The notes: generated from the letters alone by a model not told the origin. A stretch of 55,035 bases of DNA from Minisyncoccota bacterium (GCA_041688155.1 JBDNIW010000013.1:1-55035); one strand, 5' to 3'. Shown: positions 43,863 through 53,147, counted from the stretch's first letter. A program made the numbers and translations.

Positions 43863-45163
43863 TGCAGAAACGAGTGCTTGTAGCCTTTGTTATCGGACTG
43901 GTGCTACCAGTCTCTTTTTCGTACACCCATCATGCGCTTGCGCAAAGCGAGATTGCTGAACTACGTGACCAGATTCTTGAGCGCGGTGACCGGTTGACCG
44001 ACATCGAAGCTGAGATTGCCCGCTTTGAAGCCGAGCTGCTCGAGGTGGGAGCAGAGAAGCAAACCCTCCAGTCAGCCATCAACCGCCTTGAAACCGAGCG
44101 TAAAAAAGTCAACGCCGAGATCAGTAAAACTGAATCCTTAATTTCTTCCACTGATTTGGAAATCAGTGGGATTATACTTGAGGTAAGTAGAACTGAAGCT
44201 GACCTCGAGCGCACGGAAGCTGCCATCGGCGACATCATCCGCTCGCTCTACCAAGCTGGAGAACAGTCAATGGTCGAAGTGTTGCTGCGCAACCAGCGCT
44301 TATCAGAGTTTTGGACCGAAATCGACACCTTTGACAGTATCAAAAGCGAAATGGCATACAAAGTAGCCACCCTCAGCCAACTACAGCAGGTACTAGAAGA
44401 ACGACAAGGTCTAAGTGAGTCAAAGCGCAATGACTTGAGTTCGCTCAAAGACCAGTACACTGACCAAAACTCCGTGCTCGTTAACAGTCGAGCGGAGCAA
44501 TCCGAGCTGTTGTCTGCTACGAAAAATGAAGAGGCTGAATATCAAGCACTACTTGCGACACAAGAAGCCGCCCGGGAAGAAATCCGCCGTGAGTTGCGAG
44601 ACTTTGAATCCAAACTTCAATTTATCCTTGATCCCAACACTATCCCGGCACCGGGGACACCAGTGTTCAACTGGCCCTTGCAAAACGTCATCATCACCCA
44701 ATTGTTCGGGGGGACAGAGTTCGCCGCTCGTAACCCCGGCATCTACGGTCGGCCATATCACCCGGGGGTCGATTTTGGCGCACCACGCGGCACACCAATT
44801 CTAGCTCCGCTAGCTGGGACCGTCCGGGCCGTCGGAAACACTGATGCTGTCCCCGGCTGTTTCTCTTGGGGCAAATGGACGTTGATTGATCATGCCAACG
44901 GTCTATCATCAATGTATGCCCATCAAGACGTTATCGGGGTGACTCCAGGACAAAAAGTATCAACCGGCGAGATCATTGGGTACATCGGCAACACCGGACT
45001 ATCGACTGGTCCACACCTCCACTTCACTGTGTACGTCAAAGAGGCAGTCAGTGTCCGTCGCTTCAACGAAATCAAAGCCGTCACCGGCTGCGGACCAGCC
45101 ACTACTCCAACCGCAGCCACCTCAGCCTACATCGACCCAATGCTCTACCTACCACCGAGGTAA
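43862..45163 (+). CDS. M23 family metallopeptidase with N-terminal coiled coil (EnvC-like)
   Basis: Signal/TM, long coiled coil, HPGVDFGAPRGTP and GNTGLSTGPHLHF motifs; ATG 43862 overlaps gltX stop. Confidence 0.85.
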   Translation: MQKRVLVAFVIGLVLPVSFSYTHHALAQSEIAELRDQILERGDRLTDIEAEIARFEAELLEVGAEKQTLQSAINRLETERKKVNAEISKTESLISSTDLEISGIILEVSRTEADLERTEAAIGDIIRSLYQAGEQSMVEVLLRNQRLSEFWTEIDTFDSIKSEMAYKVATLSQLQQVLEERQGLSESKRNDLSSLKDQYTDQNSVLVNSRAEQSELLSATKNEEAEYQALLATQEAAREEIRRELRDFESKLQFILDPNTIPAPGTPVFNWPLQNVIITQLFGGTEFAARNPGIYGRPYHPGVDFGAPRGTPILAPLAGTVRAVGNTDAVPGCFSWGKWTLIDHANGLSSMYAHQDVIGVTPGQKVSTGEIIGYIGNTGLSTGPHLHFTVYVKEAVSVRRFNEIKAVTGCGPATTPTAATSAYIDPMLYLPPR

Positions 45164-45901
45164 GTAGAATAATATGGTGGGTTTATTATAAAGTACGTTG
45201 CAAGTGAATGTCGCACATTATTTTGTTTACCAACTAACAGGGGAGTGGGGACTCGGAAAGTTGATCAGTAAGCTGTCTACTGGTCAAGAGCCATCTGGTC
45301 ATCATCGTCAGAATTTAGTGGTTTGGTTCTAGTAATAAATGACGAAATTCGACTAGTTGATTTAAATTGATAATTTTTTTAATTATTAATTTTAAAATTA
45401 TTTTCTTTAAAGTACAGGCACCAGCAGCCGACTCAAACAAACCTGTGAGCGTAGCAATGCTTGATTACTACCGGTGCCGCTACACAAGCAAAACCCAAGG
45501 CAACCATCAACATCCTCTACGCGGATACAGAAGCCTTACAATCGATTCTAGAGCCTTGTATAGGCTGGTCACTGATAACCACAGGTGGACCCAGGAGCCC
45601 GCGTAGCAAAAAACAGGCTGTATAGGGTGCGTAGCTAAATGGGGTAAAAACTGAAAGAGGCAAAAGTAGGGGTAATCAACCTATGGAGTACCCACACTCA
45701 TGATAATAGACTCCCAGGCGCTTATACACAGACTAACTGTAGGCAGCCTTGCCAGACTATCAGTACCTTGGTAATTTATATAGTATAACTGAGCATTAGA
45801 GTTATTATACTCAGTTACTGTGGGGAGGGAGGGAGGGCTCGTGTAAGGCTGCTATAGTATCTGTAGAGCCACCCCACTCTCAGCGCACCCTGAATTTATT
45901 T

Positions 45902-46858
45902 ATGACTAAAAAACCCCACCCACCCACCCTACCGTACCTCGATGATTTTTTGCTGCACATCCAGGCGAACAATTATTCGCCAGAGACTTTATACAACTAC
46001 GAACGCGATTTGCTCACATTTGACTTTTTCTTGAAAAATGAGCTGTCCTCTCTCCCCTTCACCAAAATCACCAAAAAAACCATCGAGCAGTTCAAAGCGT
46101 ACCTGAACTCAAACGACCGAAAAACGGCTGGTGGAGAGTTGGCCCAAAAACGACTCGCCAGTGCCTCTATCAACCGTACCCTGACATCACTGCGGCGCTA
46201 CCTAAATTTCCAGGTCGACATGGACTACCCGTGCCCGATAGTCCCCAGCTCAATTAAACTCCTCCGGATGGGTAAGAAACACGGGCAGGTTGCCCAGATG
46301 TCAGAGTTGGTCAAACTGATTGAAGCCCCAATGACCTACGAGCAAGATAAAGTAATCGCCCTGCGTAACCGTGCGATGCTTGAGACGCTGTTCGCTAGCG
46401 GGATGCGTATCTCAGAGCTTATCAACCTCAAAAAAATCCAACTTGACCAGTCTGGCAAAATATTTATCGAGGGCAAGGGTAAAAAGCAACGCTTTATCTA
46501 CCTGACTGACCGCGCCAAAACGCACATCGATAATTATCTTGCTCAGCGAGAAGATGATCAACCCTACCTGTTTATCGCTAAACGTGGCCTCAACGCCGCC
46601 GACAAAACCAAGCCGATCAGTCCCAACTACCTCCAAATGAAGATCAAACAGTACCGCGAGTTACTCGGCATCAACATCCCCACCAGCGCACACTCACTCC
46701 GCCACGGCTTCGCCACGTACCTCGCCGAGCAAGGCGCCAACCCCGCTGCCCTACAGGTACTCCTGGGTCACGAGTCACTCGAGACCACCACCAGATACGT
46801 CCACGCCAGCGACCGCTACGCCGAAGACACCCACAAGCAGTTCCACCCGTTAAAATAG
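45902..46858 (+). CDS. tyrosine site-specific recombinase, XerC/XerD family
   Basis: SAM-like N-domain; RNRAMLETLFASGMRISEL and HSLRHGFATYLAEQGA...LLGHESLETTTRYVH catalytic motifs. Confidence 0.9.
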   Translation: MTKKPHPPTLPYLDDFLLHIQANNYSPETLYNYERDLLTFDFFLKNELSSLPFTKITKKTIEQFKAYLNSNDRKTAGGELAQKRLASASINRTLTSLRRYLNFQVDMDYPCPIVPSSIKLLRMGKKHGQVAQMSELVKLIEAPMTYEQDKVIALRNRAMLETLFASGMRISELINLKKIQLDQSGKIFIEGKGKKQRFIYLTDRAKTHIDNYLAQREDDQPYLFIAKRGLNAADKTKPISPNYLQMKIKQYRELLGINIPTSAHSLRHGFATYLAEQGANPAALQVLLGHESLETTTRYVHASDRYAEDTHKQFHPLK

Positions 46859-46901
46859 CGAAGTTGATTTACTACAGTGGTAAAAATAACCATCAATCTA
46901 T

Positions 46902-46939
46902 ATACAATCTATGTATCGCACCTGATACATAGATTGTAT
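46902..46939. repeat. perfect palindrome: 16-bp arms around 6-bp spacer (ATACAATCTATGTATC GCACCT GATACATAGATTGTAT)
   Basis: Read directly; 44 nt after recombinase stop, 24 nt from convergent MFS gene end; candidate recombinase core site or bidirectional terminator. Confidence 0.8.
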
Positions 46940-46962
46940 GTCTGTAGATCAGAGGTTTGTTA

Positions 46963-48168
46963 TTAGGCTCTTTGCGCGGCATACACCATATTCAATGCCA
47001 ATGACGCAGCGACCGCAATAAAGAACGTCCACCCAATGGGGATAAATAACGTGAGAATGGCGGTGACCAAAAGCGCACTCGCTCGTCCGAGGTGATTAGC
47101 CATTTCCCGGATGACGGTGTACTCATCGACCAGACTGCCTTGGTCAGCTGACATGTCATAGACGATGGCGCTAAATGGTGTGTGGGAGAATATCCGCACG
47201 ATGTTGTGATACAGCCCAACGAAGAATACCTGAGCGGCTGAGAGAACAAAAATCTTGAGGATCCAACCAACGGCGTAGAGGAAGCTCCCTACTCTGAGTG
47301 TCCTGGTTTTATCGTGCCCTTTCCCATCGAGGTACCGTCCAAGGATTAACTGCAACACAATCGTCACCCCCACGATAATGGTTGAAATGGCACCAATGCT
47401 AAACAAATCCCCATCAAGAATGGTGTAGAGGAAAATCGGCCACACGATGATGTTGACGATGGTCTCGGCACCATTAGCAAACTCCCCCACCATCAGACCC
47501 CGCTGCCTTTTTGATCTGAACTGACGCCAGGTTTCCCGCCATGACCAATCAAAGTGAGTTGGTGTTTCTGGTACGTAGGAATAAGAGATGGTCGCTGCGA
47601 TCAGCAACACGATGATTGTTCCAAACAACGCACTGTAACCAGCGTTAGCAACAATAAACCCCGCCGCAATCGGGCCGATAGCACCCATAAACGCAATGGC
47701 GGCAAACGATAAACTCACTTGTTTCCCCCGCTTCTTCGCCGTGGTAAACAACGCAAAATCCGTATGAAAAGGCACCCAGTGAAATAACCGAAATGCGATG
47801 ATAGCAGCCGCCAACGGCCACATCAACGTTAGGATGTTCTCGGGCGTGAGGTAGAACAAAAATACATAAGTAATGATGCTGCAGATACCAGACAACACGA
47901 GTGTTTTACTGAACCCGAGTCGGTTAGTTATACTCATACTTGGCACTAGCAGTAACGCGTACATCAACGACAAAAACGCGTAGTATCCACCCACCACAAA
48001 GAACGACTGGTTGGTCGTTTCGTACAGAAAGATTGGCACAAATATTCCCGCCAGCGCGGCCGCTGCACCATGAATCAGCCGCTTGCTGATAAACAGCTGC
48101 ATAAACCCAGTGTCTCGTTTTTGGAAGCGGCCCTTGGTGTCACGCAGCGAGTTGATAGTGGATTCCAT
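46963..48168 (-). CDS. MFS transporter
   Basis: 401 aa, about 12 TM helices. Confidence 0.7.
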   Translation of the reverse strand: MESTINSLRDTKGRFQKRDTGFMQLFISKRLIHGAAAALAGIFVPIFLYETTNQSFFVVGGYYAFLSLMYALLLVPSMSITNRLGFSKTLVLSGICSIITYVFLFYLTPENILTLMWPLAAAIIAFRLFHWVPFHTDFALFTTAKKRGKQVSLSFAAIAFMGAIGPIAAGFIVANAGYSALFGTIIVLLIAATISYSYVPETPTHFDWSWRETWRQFRSKRQRGLMVGEFANGAETIVNIIVWPIFLYTILDGDLFSIGAISTIIVGVTIVLQLILGRYLDGKGHDKTRTLRVGSFLYAVGWILKIFVLSAAQVFFVGLYHNIVRIFSHTPFSAIVYDMSADQGSLVDEYTVIREMANHLGRASALLVTAILTLFIPIGWTFFIAVAASLALNMVYAAQRA

Positions 48169-48170
48169 GT

Positions 48171-48638
48171 TTATTGTTCCTGCGTAGCTAGCTTACAAAT
48201 ACGGTCAAAGTGGATTTTCTTGATTGGAAAAACGGACAGCCGATTCCCCAGCATCACTAGCGGCATAGTTGCAAACGCCGGATCAAGTTTTATTTCAGCC
48301 AAGCTTACCAAACGAGGTAGATGTTCGACATACTTCATGTCCACACATAACCAGCGTGGGTTATCCGGATCGCTTTTGGGGTCAGGGTGCTCTGATTGGG
48401 GATCAAACTGGGTGGGGTCTGGATAAGCTTTACTATTCACTTTCATTACGCCCACACACCCCGTCTCTGTCTTGGCATTGCTATGATAAAAAATAGCCAA
48501 GTCCCCGACCTCTATCTGGTCCCGCATCATATTGCGCACCTGATAGTTACGAGTCCCATCCCAGTGTTCAACTTTGTCCCGCTTCAAGTCATCAATCGAG
48601 TAACAATCAGGTTCAGATTTCATCAGCCAGTAGGTCAT
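48171..48638 (-). CDS. EVE (PUA-like) domain protein
   Basis: MTYWLMKSEPDCYSIDDL......WDGTRNYQVRNMMRD...GDLAIFYHSN pattern. Confidence 0.8.
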   Translation of the reverse strand: MTYWLMKSEPDCYSIDDLKRDKVEHWDGTRNYQVRNMMRDQIEVGDLAIFYHSNAKTETGCVGVMKVNSKAYPDPTQFDPQSEHPDPKSDPDNPRWLCVDMKYVEHLPRLVSLAEIKLDPAFATMPLVMLGNRLSVFPIKKIHFDRICKLATQEQ

Positions 48639-48648
48639 AGATACTGAA

Positions 48649-48657
48649 ATACTACCA
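48649..48657 (-). promoter_or_regulatory. extended -10 TGgTAGTAT, 10 nt before EVE gene ATG 48638
   Basis: Reverse complement read directly. Confidence 0.5.
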
Positions 48658-48693
48658 CAACAAACCCCGCTCTTTTAGAGCGGGGTTTGTTGT
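48657..48693 (-). terminator. hairpin after lysozyme-like gene
   Basis: ACAACAAACCCCGCTC-tttta-GAGCGGGGTTTGTTGT. Confidence 0.6.
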
Positions 48694-48696
48694 ATT

Positions 48697-49041
48697 TTAG
48701 TTTGCCAGCGCAAGTTGGGAATTGCCCCAACATGGGCGGCTGGCGCTCCAAGGTTGTAGTCCTTGTCGCTCGTAGAGATTACGAGCGTAGGCCATGTTGT
48801 GGTAGAAATCTTCAAGATCGAGGTCAAGTGAGTCGGCGTAGCTTTGGTGATAATGGGTGTTGATTTGCATCACTCCGGTATCACGGTTGTCTACTACCCC
48901 ACGCAAGACTGATCCGTCAGCCAATGTATGACGAAAGGTTGACTCACACCGAGCGACCTCGGCCATCACGGGAATATCTTTAAAATACTCTCGCACCAGC
49001 TCTTCGGTTCGCCCAACGGTCATTTCTCGCGTCGCTACCAC
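48697..49041 (-). CDS. lytic transglycosylase/lysozyme-like (SLT-type) protein; 5' end unresolved
   Basis: CESTF...DTGVMQIN...YARNLY; the frame stays open upstream to 49152 and encodes a signal-peptide-like segment with no ATG/GTG/TTG. Confidence 0.6.
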   Translation of the reverse strand: MVATREMTVGRTEELVREYFKDIPVMAEVARCESTFRHTLADGSVLRGVVDNRDTGVMQINTHYHQSYADSLDLDLEDFYHNMAYARNLYERQGLQPWSASRPCWGNSQLALAN

Positions 49042-49149
49042 TACTTCTGCTTGTCCGATGTTTCCAAATGCACTTTCGGGGATTTCTACTGCTGATGCAG
49101 TTGAAATCGACAGGATTGCTAGGATGACAGTGGATATAATAAGCCAATG

Positions 49150-49412
49150 GTCTTATAGATAAATGTCGACACCCACGAGTGAGTATAGGTCGGAGGACTC
49201 AGATGAGCGCCCCTTCCCCGACAACCGAACAACTCTATCATGAATTGCGGATATTTATTACTATAGCAGAGTAGTGACTAAATGTCAATACATGTGTCTC
49301 GTAGTGGATACGTTCCACTAGATTAAGGAAGAAATAATGTTGGGATATGTACTCAGGGAGACACGATTCGAGTGTCATCCGGAAAAGCTCGCCCGACTAT
49401 TACGACCATTAC
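49150..49412 (+). repeat. composite inverted-repeat element, copy 5 (right arm clear, left part degraded)
   Basis: 49337-49412 GTACTC AGGGAGACACGATTC GAGTGT..GGAAAAGCTCGCCCGACTATTACG matches right arms of copies 2-4; left half only loosely similar. Confidence 0.5.
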
Positions 49413-49439
49413 CTTGAAAGCATGATTGCGCCAGCCAGC

Positions 49440-50198
49440 CTACTCTTTCTTTGGGTTCATCATCTGCGTCACTCCCTCTACCGCGCGCAGCACTTCTATT
49501 GGTAGCGCAAATATGACCGTGTTGGATTGGTCTGATGACAAGTCATTGAGGGTTTGGAGGGTTCGTAGGTGCAGTGCTCCAGGCGATTCTGACAGCATCC
49601 TGGCTGCCTTAGCGATGTTTTCGGCTGCTGTTACCTCCCCTTCGGCGTTGATGATCACAGCCCGTCGCTCCCGTTCAGCTTCTGCTTGCTTGGCGATGGT
49701 TCGTTCCATGTCTTCTGGGAGGAAAAAGTCTTTCAGCTCAACGTTGTCTACCTTGATTCCCCACTTGTCAGTCTCGGCGTCGATGATAGTGCGGATTTTG
49801 TCTGATAACTCCTCGCGGTTGGAGAGCACTTCGTCCAGCTCGGCTCCACCAACAATGTTGCGCATCGTAGTCTGAGCTAGTTGCGAGACCGCGTAGCGGA
49901 AATCCTCTACCTCGAGAATTGCCCGCGCCGCGTCGGACACTTTGTAATAAATCACCGCGTTGATACTAGCTGACACGTTGTCGCGGGTGATGACTTTTTG
50001 GTCGGGCACATCGACAGCTTTGACTCGCAAGTCGACTTTGGTCATGTTCTGAAAAATGGGCACGATAATACTCCAACCCGGCTTACGCAAACTACTATAT
50101 TGTCCCATCGTAAGTACGACACCGCGTTCGTACTGTTTAACTTCTCGTAGAAACGAAATTGCAACGACTAGAACTACAATTAAAATAATCCAACCCAT
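49440..50198 (-). CDS. SPFH/band-7 (stomatin-like) protein
   Basis: N-terminal TM, VDLRV...TRDNV...YKV..A SPFH core, C-terminal coiled region. Confidence 0.85.
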   Translation of the reverse strand: MGWIILIVVLVVAISFLREVKQYERGVVLTMGQYSSLRKPGWSIIVPIFQNMTKVDLRVKAVDVPDQKVITRDNVSASINAVIYYKVSDAARAILEVEDFRYAVSQLAQTTMRNIVGGAELDEVLSNREELSDKIRTIIDAETDKWGIKVDNVELKDFFLPEDMERTIAKQAEAERERRAVIINAEGEVTAAENIAKAARMLSESPGALHLRTLQTLNDLSSDQSNTVIFALPIEVLRAVEGVTQMMNPKKE

Positions 50199-50238
50199 AA
50201 TGTGATGTTAGGTAATAAGTACCCCCAGTATAGCAATG

Positions 50239-51078
50239 TTAGATACGTCTAGCTAGGAGTGCTAATCCGCCCCACAGCCCCGCTTCGTCACCAAGTTTCG
50301 CTTGTACAATCAGGGGCGTCGCCTCAAACCCATCGAGTGCCTCTGCCGTTGCTTTACGGATAGTGTCAATTTTGATGGCTGGATCACCGATGATCATCGA
50401 TCCTCCGAGCACAATCGCATCTGGCGACCAGTAAAGGATGGTGTTTCGTAACCCTTGAGCCAAGTAGCCGGCCAGGTCGTCCCACAGTACATCGCTTTGT
50501 GGAATCTCATAGGGCTCGACGCCCATACGGTTTTTGACCGCGGTGCCTGAGACCATGTTTTCCAGCGTCGGGGTAATGTCTTCCCCCATGATAGTTCGAT
50601 CAATATCGAGAATCTGGTGTCCCGGCTCAAACCCAACATCAGCGTGGTCAATCTCACCATTCTCGATTTTGGCTCCACCAACGCCAGTACTGACGGTATG
50701 GTATGCCACGATTTCGAGTCCAGCACCAGCGCCAAATGTCGCCTCCCCTACCCCTGCAATGGCGGTGTCATTCTCCAGGAACACCGGGATATCACCAAAC
50801 TCATTTTGCAGGTACCCCACTACTGATTCGCCGGCCCATTTGGTCAATATGCCATCGTTCTCGATTCCAGATTTATCCTCCGCCAGTCGTCCCCGGATTC
50901 CACCCGCAATCGCTGTCACGTCACTGGTCATACTGTTTACTGTTTCCACAAACAATTTCATCCCAGCGTTAAATGTCACGGGGGTTTTGTATGATTTTAC
51001 TTCACTAAATGTCTTGAGGTCAGTTGAGGTGGCAATGCGAGTTTTGGTCCCACCGATGTCAAATACTACGTATGTCAT
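50239..51078 (-). CDS. ROK family sugar kinase (glucokinase-like)
   Basis: VFDIGGTKTRIA and ENDTAIAGVGE, VSTGVGG motifs. Confidence 0.75.
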   Translation of the reverse strand: MTYVVFDIGGTKTRIATSTDLKTFSEVKSYKTPVTFNAGMKLFVETVNSMTSDVTAIAGGIRGRLAEDKSGIENDGILTKWAGESVVGYLQNEFGDIPVFLENDTAIAGVGEATFGAGAGLEIVAYHTVSTGVGGAKIENGEIDHADVGFEPGHQILDIDRTIMGEDITPTLENMVSGTAVKNRMGVEPYEIPQSDVLWDDLAGYLAQGLRNTILYWSPDAIVLGGSMIIGDPAIKIDTIRKATAEALDGFEATPLIVQAKLGDEAGLWGGLALLARRI

Positions 51079-51096
51079 AGAGTGATTTTATCACGA

Positions 51097-52359
51097 TTAT
51101 AATCCCAAAATAGTTCGCGTCTTGTCTTTATACAACTCAACATTTGGCTGATCAAAGGCATCGATCCCAAGCAGCTCAGCTACATACATAGTCTCACGCA
51201 TCCGCATACCCATAAACAACCCAACCGAGTACGGCAACTCTTCGTCAAAAATAGTTGTTCGATACGGCAGGCGTTTCGCTTGATATGCGCCGATAACGCC
51301 ACCATAGATAGCAGTGGCGATTTCTTGCATACTGAACTTGGAAAGACCTTTGGCTAGGCCTTTTTTAGGAATGTCGTAATCAGAAGCCTCATCATCAAAC
51401 GTCACAAAATCAGTGTACGTCGGTAGCAATCCGCTCATCTGCAGTTGACCAGTCGAGTGCAGCTCGACAGCGGTTGTAATGGTGGGTACAAATCCCTGGG
51501 TTAGTTTTTTGTTTTTCTTGGTATGGGTTTTGCCGAGGCTTTCGGCCTGCAACTGACGATACCAGGCACCCAGTTTGAAGAGTCGGGGCTCAAACGCGAA
51601 GAAATTGTAGTGGGTGTATTTCTTACCTAGGTAGACAGCGAGGCGCGCGGCACTTTCAACCGTTACTGTTTCAAACTGCTCTTTGTTGGCATCGAGCAGT
51701 CCCTCAATAAAACTATCAACGTTGTGTCCAAGGAGCGCTAGTGGAACCAGTCCAGCTTCGGTACCAACTGAATAACGACCTCCGACACTACTGGGCATGG
51801 TGACACAGGTAGATTTATATCGTTTTCCTGCCTTTAGAAAATCTGTGCCCTGAGTACCGATAAAAATAGTTTGTTTATAGATTGCCGCTCCAAATCGTTG
51901 TTCAAGAGCATTGAGAAGCACGCCAGCATTAGTGAGTACTTCGGTGGTTGCGCCTGACTTACTACTTACACACACAGCGATATCAGAAACCTTTTTAACT
52001 CGTTTCAAATTCTTGAGTAGTTCGTCTATCTGATACGGTGCAATTGTATTGAGACTGTGTAGCTGAACGTTTTTTTCTCCGAGGATGGCGTGAACCGCTT
52101 CGACACCCAGACTCTGGCCACCAATCCCAACTAGGATAAGGTGTTTGATACCGGCCAAATCCCTACGTACACCATCTACGACGTCATGCACAGCCGCATC
52201 CGCCGCGTGCACGAGTGAGTATTCTGGGTGTGTAGTATCGTGTTGCGCTAGTACATTGGTGACCCTGGTCCGGTAGTCACCAAGCGCTCTGACGTTTTTG
52301 GCCACCTTGCGTTCAAATCCGCGAGCTGTACTGTCAATATCAAAATAAGAAAATAACAT
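51097..52359 (-). CDS. pgi: glucose-6-phosphate isomerase
   Basis: VGIGGQSLG and SKSGATTE motifs; 420 aa. Confidence 0.85.
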   Translation of the reverse strand: MLFSYFDIDSTARGFERKVAKNVRALGDYRTRVTNVLAQHDTTHPEYSLVHAADAAVHDVVDGVRRDLAGIKHLILVGIGGQSLGVEAVHAILGEKNVQLHSLNTIAPYQIDELLKNLKRVKKVSDIAVCVSSKSGATTEVLTNAGVLLNALEQRFGAAIYKQTIFIGTQGTDFLKAGKRYKSTCVTMPSSVGGRYSVGTEAGLVPLALLGHNVDSFIEGLLDANKEQFETVTVESAARLAVYLGKKYTHYNFFAFEPRLFKLGAWYRQLQAESLGKTHTKKNKKLTQGFVPTITTAVELHSTGQLQMSGLLPTYTDFVTFDDEASDYDIPKKGLAKGLSKFSMQEIATAIYGGVIGAYQAKRLPYRTTIFDEELPYSVGLFMGMRMRETMYVAELLGIDAFDQPNVELYKDKTRTILGL

Positions 52360-52362
52360 AGA

Positions 52363-53127
52363 TTAGACTTGGCGGACGTTTTTAATTTTCTTCACTTCCT
52401 TGGTGATGTATTTCATCGCCTCTGGGACACTATCAACCAGTACAAACAGATCGAGATCTTCCGGGCTAATGGTAGCGTGCTTCTCCAGCAACTCTTCTTT
52501 GAACACCTTTATCAGCGGCTCCCAGAAGTCTTTCCCGTACAGCACGATAGGGACTGGTTCGATTTTTTTGGTCTGAATCAGGGTTACGATTTCAAAAAAC
52601 TCATCGAGCGTACCAAACCCACCAGGGAAATAGACGTACACTTCAGACGCAAACGTCAACATCACTTTGCGCGAGAAAAAGAAGTCAAAATTCAGGGACT
52701 GGTTGGTGTACGGGTTCAGCTTTTGCTCAAACGGCAACTGGATGTTTAACCCCACTGACTTGCCACCGACTTTGAAAGCACCAACGTTTGATGCTTCCAT
52801 GATTCCCGGCCCACCACCTGAGATAATCGAGAAGCCATCTTTGGCCATCCTGGCGGCTAACTCCTCGGCTGCTTTGTAGTACTTGTTGTCTGGCGTCAAC
52901 CGCGCACTGCCCCAGAACGTCGCCGCTAGCCCGTGGTCGCGCAACAGTTCAAACCCTTGCACGAACTCAGCCATGATGCGGAACACCCGCCACGACTGCA
53001 CCGCGTCGCCCTGGGTACTGTCGGGGTCAAGCAACTCACTGACGATGCGACAGTGGGCAGCGGCAGCGGCCTGGCTTGATAATTTTGTATTTTTCTTAGC
53101 TGTCCGCCTTTTTTTATCCAATATCAT
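52363..53127 (-). CDS. LOG family (TIGR00730) nucleotide phosphoribohydrolase-like protein
   Basis: GGGPGIMEA and PGGFGTLDE motifs. Confidence 0.85.
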   Translation of the reverse strand: MILDKKRRTAKKNTKLSSQAAAAAHCRIVSELLDPDSTQGDAVQSWRVFRIMAEFVQGFELLRDHGLAATFWGSARLTPDNKYYKAAEELAARMAKDGFSIISGGGPGIMEASNVGAFKVGGKSVGLNIQLPFEQKLNPYTNQSLNFDFFFSRKVMLTFASEVYVYFPGGFGTLDEFFEIVTLIQTKKIEPVPIVLYGKDFWEPLIKVFKEELLEKHATISPEDLDLFVLVDSVPEAMKYITKEVKKIKNVRQV

Positions 53128-53133
53128 GCTGTC

Positions 53134-53142
53134 ATTCTAACA
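53134..53142 (-). promoter_or_regulatory. extended -10 TGtTAGAAT, 6 nt before LOG gene ATG 53127
   Basis: Reverse complement read directly. Confidence 0.5.
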
Positions 53143-53147
53143 TCAGG

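Noticed and set aside
45164-45901. tmRNA, RNase P RNA, SRP RNA or a tRNA next to the integrase-like gene
   Set aside because: None of the diagnostic strings appear on either strand. I looked for GGAAAGTCC with ACAGAA.CCGGCTTA in the correct order for RNase P, GGTTCGA.TCC T-loops, a tmRNA 3' CCACCA acceptor end, and the SRP GGAAGCAGCC. ACAGAAGCCTTACA at 45527 is in the wrong order relative to other RNase P-like bits. The region is kept as an unexplained finding.
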